64,000 nt of DNA, from NCBI GenBank assembly GCA_049412325.1, contig JBMSEL010000002.1:14523-78522 (forward strand), read 5' to 3'. This DNA comes from Poseidonia sp. GTDB taxonomy: Archaea > Thermoplasmatota > Poseidoniia > Poseidoniales > Poseidoniaceae. The translations under genes were made by a program, and so were the position numbers. The first letter of the stretch is position 1, and each line of letters opens with the position of its first letter. Below are positions 56,637 to 64,000 of this stretch, piece after piece. The notes below the pieces were generated by a model. The model saw nothing but the letters and a program-made list of their open reading frames with translations. It was not told the origin of the DNA and made no database searches.

Positions 56637-57011
56637 ATGGGCAAATCAGACCCACTTGAGCGCCTGAACGGCTTGGCTGTTTGTCCAGTCTGTGGTTGTT
56701 TTGATCGAAAAGGAATGTACCGCTGCTCTGAGTGCGGGACGTTTCATGCAGGTGCTATTATGGAAGATCGGGAGCCCCCCACACCTTCTGAACAACAAGC
56801 GATTCAAGATACCGTCTCTCCACCACTTGACCCATCGGTCTATTCCTTGGGACCTAATGCGTCCATTCCAGAGGAATCCTTTGATGAATCAGAGGACGTC
56901 CGCCACTGGGATGGTGGTTCCACAGATTTTACCTTTGACGAAGAGGACGAACCGCCTGTTGCCAAACTGGAATTGCCTAAACCCGAACCCATCGAATCAG
57001 ATGAAGATTGA
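56637..57011 (+). CDS. Small zinc-ribbon protein with acidic tail
   Basis: CPVCGC...CSECG ribbon followed by a P/E/D-rich tail. ATG lies 5 nt after the upstream stop; the track start is TTG56625. Confidence 0.5.
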   Translation: MGKSDPLERLNGLAVCPVCGCFDRKGMYRCSECGTFHAGAIMEDREPPTPSEQQAIQDTVSPPLDPSVYSLGPNASIPEESFDESEDVRHWDGGSTDFTFDEEDEPPVAKLELPKPEPIESDED

Positions 57012-57076
57012 TTAAGAGCCATTGAATGGGCAATTAATCCAAACAATGCAATTAAGATGACTAAACGGTTTTCACA

Positions 57077-57153
57077 TGGTGGGCTCGGAGAGAATCGAAC
57101 TCTCGATCTTTGCCATGTCAAGGCAACGTCATAAACCCCTAGACCACGAGCCC
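57077..57153 (-). tRNA. tRNA-Val (anticodon GAC), CCA encoded
   Basis: The reverse complement folds as a cloverleaf: acceptor GGGCUCG/CGAGCCC, anticodon stem UUGCC/GGCAA with loop UUGACAU, T arm GAGAG-UUCGAUU-CUCUC, discriminator A, then CCA. Confidence 0.9.
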
Positions 57154-57214
57154 TAGGTAAGTTGACCCACCTGACATTTCTATTAAATCAATTCGGTGAG
57201 TCAATGTGTTGAGC

Positions 57215-57367
57215 TTAACCGATGATCTTCGAAATTTTACCTGTGCAGCCGGGCTGAGAGCAAAATCCCGCCATTCGCGTTCGACCATTTGACATGACAA
57301 TCTTTTCACCATTCTTGATGGCCCCGTATTGTTTACACTTCATGCAATAGCCTTGGACTTCGGACAT
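57215..57367 (-). CDS. Small zinc-ribbon protein, DUF5679-like (not in ORF track, 50 aa)
   Basis: Manual translation: MSEVQGYCMKCKQYGAIKNGEKIVMSNGRTRMAGFCSQPGCTGKISKIIG. It fits the pattern YC.KCK...NGR...G.C...C..K. ATG57367, TAA stop at 57215-57217. Confidence 0.55.
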   Translation of the reverse strand: MSEVQGYCMKCKQYGAIKNGEKIVMSNGRTRMAGFCSQPGCTGKISKIIG

Positions 57368-57577
57368 GATGCTCAAACTCGGGGATTCGGTACGGATAAT
57401 GAACGCTTCTGTTCACTATCTCTCAAGATTAGCGATTATTGTGCAAAAAGGAGGGGGTCGAAGGGTAAAATTTGAGAAAAAAGAAGAAACCACCTCCGCA
57501 GCCACACATAAAACGTTGTACTGCGGGCCATTCCTCGTCCAAATCAGCATGAGTTGATGCACCATTCTTTTGCCCTT

Positions 57578-57601
57578 GTCGCATAACTCACATTATGCGA
57601 C
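57578..57601. terminator. Perfect 9-bp stem hairpin downstream of the ABM-like gene
   Basis: GTCGCATAA-CTCACA-TTATGCGAC, 19 nt beyond the stop of the minus-strand ORF at 57620. No clear T-tract, so function is uncertain. Confidence 0.3.
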
Positions 57602-57619
57602 GATACGTGGCATGGAATT

Positions 57620-57952
57620 TCAGTCATTTGAACCGAATTGCAATCCTTGCAACTCCTCATTGGGAATTTCAAAGATCCCAACCAGTGGAGGACCGAGCAA
57701 AAGGCCCTCAATTCCACCATCTTCAACATCGAGGCTCGACTGGATTTCCTTTGAAATTCGCTTCCAATCTGCAGCAGAATGGAATGCTGATTGTACAAGC
57801 ATCATGTCTGGGGAATCAGCTCCCTGGCCCATCCACGCGCCAATGCACCCCGGCTGGCGACGTTTGTACTCCAAACGAGCCCGAAGCATTCGCCGGAGGC
57901 GCGCATCAACCCCTTTTCGACCAGAGCACACAATCGTTTCAACCCACGCCAT
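57620..57952 (-). CDS. Small ABM (antibiotic-biosynthesis-monooxygenase)-like ferredoxin-fold protein
   Basis: 110 aa. The pattern RRQPGCIGAWMGQGADSPDMMLVQSAFHSAADWKRI resembles the ABM domain. Weak assignment. Confidence 0.45.
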   Translation of the reverse strand: MAWVETIVCSGRKGVDARLRRMLRARLEYKRRQPGCIGAWMGQGADSPDMMLVQSAFHSAADWKRISKEIQSSLDVEDGGIEGLLLGPPLVGIFEIPNEELQGLQFGSND

Positions 57953-58021
57953 GATAATCCCTTAATTGCTGTTTGAAAACTATTTCTTATTCTTCGATGC
58001 TAGTAAATAATTGAATGGAAT

Positions 58022-59278
58022 TCAGTGTGGAAGGAATTGCCCCCCCAACACGGTTGCCGCGAAGGGTGTGCCAGAAGGTCGCAAACACATGGCCTCCCAA
58101 TTGGGGCCATCAACGATGTTGAAATTGGCAACAGCACCTTCGGCGATCACACCATGAGGCAGACCACTTGGATGAGGTGTCGTACGGGCAGCAGAAACCG
58201 TGACGGCTTCAATCGCTTTGAGTGGGTGGACCTGACTGCGTTGAACCATCAGGGAACACATGAACGGTAAGCTGAGTGTCTGGCAATTCGGGTTAAAGTC
58301 AGTGGCCAGCGTGAATGGGACTTCCTGATCCACGACCCAATTCATGTTTGGCCATGAATCGCCCATGGCATACGGCGTGCCTGGTAGGAAGCCAGTATTC
58401 ACGCCTACGCGTTTCATTTCTAAGCGGACCTGTTCAGGCGTGTGGTATGCATGATCTGCCGTATCCACACCAAGCTGGCATGCCAATTCACCCCCTCCAC
58501 CGTCGACGAATTCATCGACGTGCATCCTCAGATTCAGGCCTGCTAACTTTGATGCCTTGAGAAGTTCCTCGCTTTCCTCAATGGTAAACCACCCCGGTTC
58601 GCAGAAGACATCCGCTGACCGTGCAATTCCCTGTTCAACAACGGCCGGCAGTTGTTCGCTCAACAATGACTCAACGTACGCTTCATGGGATGAATCAGAA
58701 GGAATATCATGCGCACCCATCCAAGTAGGGTCGATACTCGGTGTATGCTCGATGGTATTGAGGTGGCCCATCACCTTCAGCAATTTAAGTTCAGATTCTG
58801 TGGACAATCCATACCCGCTCTTGGCTTCCATGTGCGTGGTGCCGGTGCGCAGTGCGCTCCGCAGTCTTGCATATCCTGAAGCGAGTAAATCGTCTTCAGA
58901 TGCAGAACGCGTGTGAGATACTGTTGACCGAATGCCGCCACCCAGCGATGCGATCTCAGCGTAGGATTTCCCCTCTTGCCTCCATGCTACCTCACGAGAA
59001 CGGTCCCCCGACCACAACAAATGTGTGTGCCCATCCACCAAGCCTGGTACAACAGCCTGACCGCCGAGATCGTGTATTCGAATCTCCTCAATCGACGGCG
59101 TACTCTCTCCGTGTTGCAGCCCGTATTCATCCGCAACTGTTTGTGAAGATTGAATAGAAGTAATAAGGCCATCTTCTACGATAATTGCCATTCCTTCGTC
59201 ATATGTTAATTCTTCATCATTAGTTTTGCTTGGGTCAAAATGGACCATCCGGCCTGCGTTGAGAAAGATGGTCCGCAC
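58022..59278 (-). CDS. hutI: Imidazolonepropionase
   Basis: Motifs PGLVDGHTHL and GGGIRSTV in an amidohydrolase fold. GTG59278 gives the typical N-terminus (RTIFLNAGRMV); alternative start ATG59248. Confidence 0.88.
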   Translation of the reverse strand: MRTIFLNAGRMVHFDPSKTNDEELTYDEGMAIIVEDGLITSIQSSQTVADEYGLQHGESTPSIEEIRIHDLGGQAVVPGLVDGHTHLLWSGDRSREVAWRQEGKSYAEIASLGGGIRSTVSHTRSASEDDLLASGYARLRSALRTGTTHMEAKSGYGLSTESELKLLKVMGHLNTIEHTPSIDPTWMGAHDIPSDSSHEAYVESLLSEQLPAVVEQGIARSADVFCEPGWFTIEESEELLKASKLAGLNLRMHVDEFVDGGGGELACQLGVDTADHAYHTPEQVRLEMKRVGVNTGFLPGTPYAMGDSWPNMNWVVDQEVPFTLATDFNPNCQTLSLPFMCSLMVQRSQVHPLKAIEAVTVSAARTTPHPSGLPHGVIAEGAVANFNIVDGPNWEAMCLRPSGTPFAATVLGGQFLPH

Positions 59279-59329
59279 ATGCCCATAGACGGGAAGAGGG
59301 TTGAAGAACAATCGGTTGGTGGAGGCATC

Positions 59330-60337
59330 ATGGCTGGATGGACCCTTGGGATTGAAACCACGGCCCACACCTTATCTTTTGGTCTCGTCGATAGCGAGGG
59401 AATCCCCTATCCTGCTGCAAGTGACACCCTCCGTCCGGACCAGGGCGGCATTCACCCTCGGGAAGCTGCTGACCACCACAAAGATGTGGCCGCCATGCTG
59501 TTTGAAAGCATCCTCGAACAACATGAACTATCGCCAAACGACATCAGCGGAGTGGCTTATTCGCAAGGACCGGGCCTTGGCCCGTGCCTCCGAGTTGGTG
59601 CTGCGATTGCCCGGGGACTTGCCACTCGGATGAATGTGCCATTGATCGGCGTCAATCACTGTGTTGCTCACATTGAGATTGGCCGGCAACAGTGCGGGTG
59701 TGATGACCCCGTCTTGCTCTATGTTTCAGGAGGAAACACGCAGGTAATCGCACGTCTGAACGGCCGATATCGCGTTCTCGGTGAAACCTTGGATATCGGT
59801 ATTGGCAACATGCTGGACAAATTTGCTCGCAACCAAGGCATTCCGTTCCCTGGTGGCCCAAAAATTGAACAGCTTGCAAAGCAATACCTTGAACGCGAAC
59901 CAAATCCAGACATGGAAGGTCTTCAACTTCCCTATGCTGTCCGCGGCATGGATTTGGCCTTCTCCGGATTGCTCACCGCAGCACAACGATTGGTAGATCA
60001 TGGAGCACCCTTGGACGCTGTATGTTGGTCTCTCCAAGAACACGCCTTCGCATCGTGTGTTGAAGTGGCTGAACGGGCCATGGCACACACTGGAAAATCT
60101 GAGTTACTGCTCGGCGGCGGTGTTGCTTGCAATCAACGGATTCGAACCATGTGTGAAGCAATGTCCAACGACCGCGAAGGCTCATCACATGCGCCCCCTC
60201 GCATGTATTGCATTGACAATGGGACCATGATTGCACTCCTCGGACATCTTGAACTTCAGAAGCGCACGACCACACTTGAACAGAGCGCCATTGACCAGTA
60301 CCTTCGAACTGACCAAACCCCAATTGTATGGTCCTAA
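59330..60337 (+). CDS. kae1: tRNA N6-adenosine threonylcarbamoyltransferase Kae1 (not fused to Bud32)
   Basis: Motifs GIETTAHT, GGIHPREAADHH, NHCVAHIE and YVSGGNTQV. SD GGTGGAGG lies upstream. Confidence 0.9.
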   Translation: MAGWTLGIETTAHTLSFGLVDSEGIPYPAASDTLRPDQGGIHPREAADHHKDVAAMLFESILEQHELSPNDISGVAYSQGPGLGPCLRVGAAIARGLATRMNVPLIGVNHCVAHIEIGRQQCGCDDPVLLYVSGGNTQVIARLNGRYRVLGETLDIGIGNMLDKFARNQGIPFPGGPKIEQLAKQYLEREPNPDMEGLQLPYAVRGMDLAFSGLLTAAQRLVDHGAPLDAVCWSLQEHAFASCVEVAERAMAHTGKSELLLGGGVACNQRIRTMCEAMSNDREGSSHAPPRMYCIDNGTMIALLGHLELQKRTTTLEQSAIDQYLRTDQTPIVWS

Positions 60338-60365
60338 TGGGTTTCAGGGCATACGGTTTTAACGG

Positions 60366-61250
60366 GTGGTCGTCCGCCTTTCTTTGGGGGTCTTACCAAT
60401 CAACGGTCGTCGTGGTGGCAGAAAGGAGGAGTTCAACCCCTTCGCAAAAGATGCCTCTCAGCAGCATCGACGTCGTCGAGATGAACGCGACCGCCAACAG
60501 ACGCGCCGACCCACGCCCCCCACTGAGCAACCTGCTGAACCTCAAAGGGACATCAAGGCCGACCTTGAGCGGAAGCAACGTGAGGCGATCGAGAAGCTCG
60601 AGCAAAAGGGAGATGTTGTCGCACCTGATGTGACTCCTGCACCCGTTCCTGTGGCTCGAGAATCCTCTCGAACAGACGAAGAAAAGCCAATTGTGCAATC
60701 CCACGAAGATCGATTAGCCGAGCTTCGAAGAAAGTCCGAGGCGACGAAACAAAATGCGTCGCGCATTGAGGCAGCCCCAGATTTGAAGTTGGGTGAGCCA
60801 AAAACCTCGATTTCAGATGATGTGGCCGATGCTGAATACACCATGGATTTGGATGCTATCGAAGGAGATGAACATCCAAAAATCATTAAGGCCAAACAGC
60901 TCAAAAATGTATTTGCTCGAATTGAGACAACGGTCGCACCAAAACAAGACCGTCGCCGTGGACGCCGCAGGATGGACAAAAAAGGCGGTGGCCGGCAAAA
61001 GCAGGAAAAGAAACTCAACCGGCAGAAGTACCTTGAGTACAAGTATGCAGCAAAGGATATTCTTGACAACCCCAACGTACCCGAAGAACACCGCTCAAAT
61101 GTCCTCGGGCAGATTTGGGCCAAGGGAGAACGGCAAGGCATCGATGAATGCCTTGAGTTCATTGAAACGAAAGAAGAAGAATTGATTCTTCCAACAGAGA
61201 TCGGTGAACAATTACGAGAACTTGTCAAGAGAATGACCACCAAGAGATGA
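60366..61250 (+). CDS. Hypothetical highly charged (Arg/Lys/Glu-rich) protein
   Basis: 294-aa ORF with a GTG (or TTG60384) start and no in-frame ATG until about 60840. The basic N-terminus and RRRGRRRMDKKGGGRQKQEKK tract suggest nucleic-acid binding. Confidence 0.5.
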   Translation: MVVRLSLGVLPINGRRGGRKEEFNPFAKDASQQHRRRRDERDRQQTRRPTPPTEQPAEPQRDIKADLERKQREAIEKLEQKGDVVAPDVTPAPVPVARESSRTDEEKPIVQSHEDRLAELRRKSEATKQNASRIEAAPDLKLGEPKTSISDDVADAEYTMDLDAIEGDEHPKIIKAKQLKNVFARIETTVAPKQDRRRGRRRMDKKGGGRQKQEKKLNRQKYLEYKYAAKDILDNPNVPEEHRSNVLGQIWAKGERQGIDECLEFIETKEEELILPTEIGEQLRELVKRMTTKR

Positions 61251-61254
61251 TACC

Positions 61255-61764
61255 ATGACCGATTTGAAAATTGCAAACAACGTTGTCGCACAAGTGCACT
61301 ACACCGGAACACTCCCTGACACGGGTGAAGTCTTTGACTCAAGCGAAGGACGAGATCCACTCACGTTCTTGGTTGGCCACCGACAGATGATTCCAGGTTT
61401 CGAAGAAGAAATGATGGGTGCCGCCAAGGGCGAGCGCAGGGAATTCACACTGGACGCTGCCCGAGCCTACGGTGAGCGTGATGACGAAGCAGTCCTCCAA
61501 ATTCCACGAGACAACTTTGCGCAACTGGAAGAAAGCAGCGGAGAATCCCTTGAGGTCGGCATGCAATTGGTTGCTCAAATGCCCCACGGACCCGCACCGT
61601 TTCTGATTGTGGAATTGACCGATGAAACCGTCACCGCTGATTTTAATCATGCGCTTGCAGGAAAGTCCCTCACGTTCTCCGTTGAAGTGGTCGACCTCCG
61701 CGAGGCTAGCGAAGAAGAAATCAGCCACGGCCATGCTCATGGCCCAGGCGGCCATCATCACTGA
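61255..61764 (+). CDS. slyD: FKBP-type peptidyl-prolyl isomerase SlyD-like with His-rich tail
   Basis: Motifs VHYTGTLPDTGEVFDSS, FLVGHRQMIPGFEE, an IF-insert region, and the C-terminal HGHAHGPGGHHH. Confidence 0.88.
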   Translation: MTDLKIANNVVAQVHYTGTLPDTGEVFDSSEGRDPLTFLVGHRQMIPGFEEEMMGAAKGERREFTLDAARAYGERDDEAVLQIPRDNFAQLEESSGESLEVGMQLVAQMPHGPAPFLIVELTDETVTADFNHALAGKSLTFSVEVVDLREASEEEISHGHAHGPGGHHH

Positions 61765-61806
61765 ATCAAGGCGAGTCTTGATGAAGTGCCTTGCCTTCAC
61801 AAAGGC

Positions 61807-63390
61807 ATGGGCAAGGAGCGAAAACCCGAGTGGCGCACCCTATCCGGCATACCACTGCCCATGACCAGCGAGCCAAGCGATGCGACCGCATCTCTGTCCA
61901 TGCCCGGTGAGGCACCATACACGCGTGGAATTCATGCCACCATGTACCGTTCTCGTCTGTGGACCATGCGCCAATATGCTGGATTTTCAAGTGCCGAGGC
62001 GACCAATGAGCGGTTCAAACTCCTCTTGGAACGAGGCCAAATGGGCCTCTCGGTTGCGTTTGATTTGCCAACCCAACTTGGATTGGACGCCGACGATGAG
62101 TTGGCCTTTGGGGAAGTGGGCAAGGTAGGTGTATCCATTTCTTCGGTTGAAGACATGAAAATTCTCTTTGATGAGATTCCGTTGGGCCAAGTCAGCACTT
62201 CGATGACCATCAATGCGCCAGCCATGGTCCTCCTCGCCATGTACATCGTGGCGGCTGAGGAACAAGGTGCCAAGATGGATGACCTCAAAGGCACCATTCA
62301 AAATGACATTTTGAAAGAGTATATTGCACGAGGGACATATGTTTTCCCTCCAAAAGAAAGCATGCGATTGATCACCGATATTTTCGAATATTGTTCAATC
62401 AACGTCCCCTCATGGAACACCATCTCCATCTCAGGTTATCACATACGGGAAGCTGGCTCAACCGCTGTTCAGGAATTGGCCTTTACCCTTGCAAATGCGC
62501 TCGCCTACGTTGAAGCAGCGATCTCCAAGGGCTTGGACATTGATGCATTCGCTCCTCGATTGTCCTTCTTTTTCAACTGTCATAACGATTTTTTCGAAGA
62601 AATTGCAAAATTTCGTGCAGCGCGTACATTGTGGCACGACTTGATGACTGAACGATATGCACCAACAAACCCCAAGTCCGCCATGCTAAGGTTCCACACG
62701 CAGGTCGCTGGCGTGAGTTTGACCGCGCAACAACCATTGAACAACGTCTCGAGGGTCACGATTCAAGCCCTCGCAGCTGTATTGGGCGGGACCCAAAGCC
62801 TCCACACGAACGCTTACGACGAAGCTCTCGGGCTACCCACAGAGGCCTCGGCCACGGTGGCACTCAGAACTCAGCAAATCATTGCGGAAGAATCCGGCGT
62901 GGCCGACGTGGTTGACCCAATGGCTGGTTCGTGGCACGTGGAACACCTCACAAAGAGAGTCTACGAAGACGCAAAATCGTTGATTCGTGAAATAGAATCC
63001 AAAGGAGGCGCCCTTGCAGCCATTGAAGAGGGTTGGCAACAACAAGAAATCCATCTTTCAGCATATCAATACCTGAATGAAATCGAACAAAATAAACGGA
63101 AGATCGTGGGTGTGAACTACGGTACCATGGAGGAATTGGATGGTATTCCTGTCATGAAGACCGACGCCACACTTGGTGAACGTCAAACCCAACGACTGGC
63201 CAATTTGAGAGGCTCCCGAAACGGGCAGAATGTCGCTGATGCACTCGCTGCCGTGCAAAAGGCGGCTGCAAGCGAAGCCAATCTCTTCCCACCCGTCATT
63301 GAGGCCGTCCGACATCGTGCTACGCTCGGTGAAATCATGAATGTGCTCAAAGACGAGTTTGGGACCTACATGGCGCCGAGCGGATTTTGA
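61807..63390 (+). CDS. mcmA: Methylmalonyl-CoA mutase, large (catalytic) subunit without B12-binding domain
   Basis: Motifs PYTRGIHATMYRSRLWTMRQYAGF, GLSVAFDLPTQLG and NDILKEY. ATG61807 chosen. Confidence 0.92.
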   Translation: MGKERKPEWRTLSGIPLPMTSEPSDATASLSMPGEAPYTRGIHATMYRSRLWTMRQYAGFSSAEATNERFKLLLERGQMGLSVAFDLPTQLGLDADDELAFGEVGKVGVSISSVEDMKILFDEIPLGQVSTSMTINAPAMVLLAMYIVAAEEQGAKMDDLKGTIQNDILKEYIARGTYVFPPKESMRLITDIFEYCSINVPSWNTISISGYHIREAGSTAVQELAFTLANALAYVEAAISKGLDIDAFAPRLSFFFNCHNDFFEEIAKFRAARTLWHDLMTERYAPTNPKSAMLRFHTQVAGVSLTAQQPLNNVSRVTIQALAAVLGGTQSLHTNAYDEALGLPTEASATVALRTQQIIAEESGVADVVDPMAGSWHVEHLTKRVYEDAKSLIREIESKGGALAAIEEGWQQQEIHLSAYQYLNEIEQNKRKIVGVNYGTMEELDGIPVMKTDATLGERQTQRLANLRGSRNGQNVADALAAVQKAAASEANLFPPVIEAVRHRATLGEIMNVLKDEFGTYMAPSGF

Positions 63391-63399
63391 GGTGAAAAC

Positions 63400-63840
63400 A
63401 TGAAATTTGGACCCATCCATCTTGACCATATTGGAATAGCAGCTCATTCTCTCGACGATCATACTTCATTTTGGAATTTAATTGGACTGGTGCAAGGAGC
63501 GTCGGATGAAACGGTAGAAGATCAGGGCGTCACAACCCGTTTTTTCTCAACCTCACCTTCATCCACATCGGCCCCTACTCCCAAGATTGAGTTGTTGCAA
63601 CCGACGGGCGAAGACACACCCATCGGTCGGTTTTTGGCCAAGCGCGGACCAGGTGTTCAACAAGTTTGCTTCTCCGTTGGAAACTTGAAAGGGATGCTTG
63701 ATTTCTTGTCCGAACATGGCGTTCGACTGATCGATAACGAACCACGTATGGGCGCTGGAGGCCACATGATCGCCTTTGTCCATCCAGCATCAACGGGCGG
63801 TGTACTGGTTGAGTTGAGTCAGATGCACCACGAAGAATGA
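63400..63840 (+). CDS. mce: Methylmalonyl-CoA epimerase (VOC/glyoxalase fold)
   Basis: Motifs LDHIGIAAHSLD, IELLQPTGEDTPIGRFL and GVQQVCFSV. Lies 10 nt after the mutase stop. Confidence 0.85.
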   Translation: MKFGPIHLDHIGIAAHSLDDHTSFWNLIGLVQGASDETVEDQGVTTRFFSTSPSSTSAPTPKIELLQPTGEDTPIGRFLAKRGPGVQQVCFSVGNLKGMLDFLSEHGVRLIDNEPRMGAGGHMIAFVHPASTGGVLVELSQMHHEE

Positions 63841-63879
63841 TGCGAACACCTATAATCGTCCTCGTTCAATTTGTTATCG

Positions 63880-64000
63880 ATGAGAACCTGCATTGACCTG
63901 TTGCTCGCCCTTCCTCACATTGATGCACCACGCCTCAAGGGCGAGGTTCACTATTTGGCAGGACAACTGGAACAACTTCGTATGCAGCGCACCATCTCAA
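63880..64000 (+). CDS. Possible 5' fragment of an unidentified CDS running off the window
   Basis: ATG63880 opens a frame (MRTCIDLLLALPHIDAPRLKGEVHYLAGQLEQLRMQRTIS) that stays open to the window end. It is too short to assign. Confidence 0.25.
   Translation, partial: MRTCIDLLLALPHIDAPRLKGEVHYLAGQLEQLRMQRTIS

Noticed and set aside
57012-57214. tRNA-Val flanks as a possible integration (att) site of a mobile element.
   Set aside because: No integrase, transposase or phage-like gene lies nearby, and I could not see a repeated copy of the tRNA 3' half. The idea is kept only as a low-confidence hypothesis in the findings.
57366-57557. 63-aa plus-strand ORF in the AT-rich spacer.
   Set aside because: It has no SD site and no motif, and its start overlaps the start of the better-supported minus-strand DUF5679-like ORF. 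It is probably a chance frame.
60542-61360. 272-aa minus-strand ORF overlapping the charged protein gene and the slyD start.
   Set aside because: The Ser/Cys/Arg-rich composition is typical of a non-coding frame. It would also overlap the well-supported slyD start, so the plus-strand frame is preferred.
1-64000. Searched by eye for CRISPR arrays, rRNA, IS elements, toxin-antitoxin pairs and defence-system hallmarks.
   Set aside because: I noticed no spaced direct-repeat arrays and no transposase, integrase or nuclease-helicase defence signatures. The window reads as core chromosome with a few lineage-specific inserts.

Overview
Densely packed, almost entirely protein-coding archaeal chromosome segment. 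I saw no rRNA, CRISPR array, transposase, integrase or obvious prophage or defence island. The archaeal assignment is direct from the gene set: exosome superoperon (rrp4-rrp41-rrp42-rpl37ae-pcc1-pfdB), S12-S7-aEF2, PAN, PriS, Kae1, MBF1, Tsr3, split transketolase, isopentenyl phosphate kinase, and archaeal thiolase plus DUF35. The acid-shifted proteins and the peptide and amino-acid catabolism content (OPT transporter, S15 peptidase, complete histidine degradation, methylmalonyl-CoA mutase and epimerase) suggest an aerobic marine heterotroph of the Thermoplasmatota, MGII/Poseidoniales-like; that is inference only, with no search run. GC looks moderate by eye and was not computed. Many genes are translationally coupled (ATGA or TGATG overlaps), and GTG/TTG starts and GGAGG-type Shine-Dalgarno sites are common. 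One tRNA-Val(GAC) and one 50-aa zinc-ribbon ORF below the ORF-track cutoff were found by reading the sequence. I did not find a clear-cut new multi-gene system. The best candidates are: (1) a stand-alone half-length deoxyhypusine-hydroxylase-like His-Glu/HEAT protein after a futalosine-pathway mqn cluster; (2) a MamK-family actin next to a double-zinc-ribbon protein; (3) a DUF835 / EF-hand membrane protein / zinc-ribbon block beside tRNA-Val that splits the hut genes; (4) a eukaryote-type IDI1 fused to GGPP synthase next to IPK. All functional calls rest on motifs read from the translations and remembered family features. No database search was possible.
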